Of a DNA stretch of 64,000 nucleotides, positions 63,401-64,000 are shown piece by piece. The position numbers and the translations under genes are program-made. The notes beneath the pieces are model-generated. The model saw only the letters and a list, made by a program, of their open reading frames with translations. It was not told the origin of the DNA and ran no database searches. The first letter of the stretch is position 1. Each line of letters begins with the position of its first letter. Where the stretch lies: NCBI GenBank assembly GCA_002104905.1, contig MCFE01000111.1, positions 1-64,000 on the forward strand, read 5' to 3'. This DNA comes from Basidiobolus meristosporus CBS 931.73. Taxonomy: Eukaryota > Fungi > Basidiobolomycota.

Positions 63401-64000
63401 GAGTATTTTAGGCCCAAAACAAGCTGATTTTTCACCAATTGGCTCATTTTCTGTTCCCCTATGTGTCCTAGCCTCCTATGCCACGTCTCCCAGTTGGTTT
63501 CATCAGTTTCAGCAATGTTGACATACTCAGGTACAATGATCTTGCATTGTAACTTGTATATATTGTGATCTCTGATTCCCAAAGCTAATTTTTTTCCATT
63601 TTCACTCAATATTGAGCAGCTCAGCTTAGTAAAAACAAATTTCAGTCCCTGAGTAGTCGCTTTACTTACTGAGAGTAGGTTCTTAGCTATTCCAGGTACA
63701 TAGAGTACGTCAGTCAGTTTTGCTGTTATTGCCCCTGAGTTATCACTCATATTTAGTTGTATAGACCCACTAGCGGTAGCTTCCAATGCAGAGTTATCTC
63801 CCAGATAAACCTTTCTTACGGGAATAGTCTTTAAGTTGCTGAACCAATCCTTTATACCACAAATATGCTGTGATGCTCCAGAGTCAATATACCATTCATT
63901 ACTTTGGTTACTTGCACTCTCTTGTACAGTGACAAATAACTGTTCATCAGTAGTTATATGGTTTGCCTGCTCTAGTTTCTGTTTTTTGTCTGCTTGTTTC
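60451..64000 (-). mobile_element. Near-intact Ty1/copia retrotransposon, continuing beyond the window (protease, GAG-pre-integrase, integrase, RT, RNase H, 3' LTR 60451-60819)
   Basis: EWYIDSGAS, WHRRLGH, HSDICGP, LRSDNGGEY, PQQNGVAE, YKARLVAKG, HQMDVKAAFL, YSDSDW; one in-frame TAA at 63184-63186; PPT GAGGGGGAG next to the LTR (TGTTG...CAACA). Confidence 0.95.

Noticed and set aside
31770-64000. Canonical Neurospora-type RIP as the explanation for TE decay
   Set aside because: The dominant visible signature is CpG loss, and the linked ABCG duplication is spared; a RIP-like CpA component cannot be excluded without counting.

Overview
Eukaryotic, intron-rich DNA, most likely fungal (inference: short GT-AG introns, WHI2, a DIM-2-like methyltransferase, fungal-type retroelements; no species can be assigned). 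The window has two halves. Positions ~1-31,750 are gene-dense and CpG-rich: two orphan secreted proteins (one Cys-containing, one Gly/Tyr-rich), a DHA2-type MFS transporter, a three-HMG-box protein, RPL17, a head-to-head inverted pair of ABCG half-transporters, CTP synthase, tRNA-Arg(CCT), mitochondrial S21, a DIM-2/DNMT1-family C5 methyltransferase, WHI2 and enoyl-CoA hydratase. Positions ~31,770-64,000 contain no host gene I can recognise and are a CpG-depleted nest of transposons: three Ty3/gypsy families, Ty1/copia, CACTA/EnSpm-like relics and a foldback MITE, whose nesting order can be partly reconstructed from target-site duplications. The most notable signals are (1) the ABCG palindrome, with near-identical ATPase halves and introns but diverged membrane domains around a 917-bp possibly invertible spacer, and (2) direct sequence evidence for CpG-directed C-to-T decay of transposons that spares this gene duplication. 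All alignments were done by eye; exon boundaries are manual.
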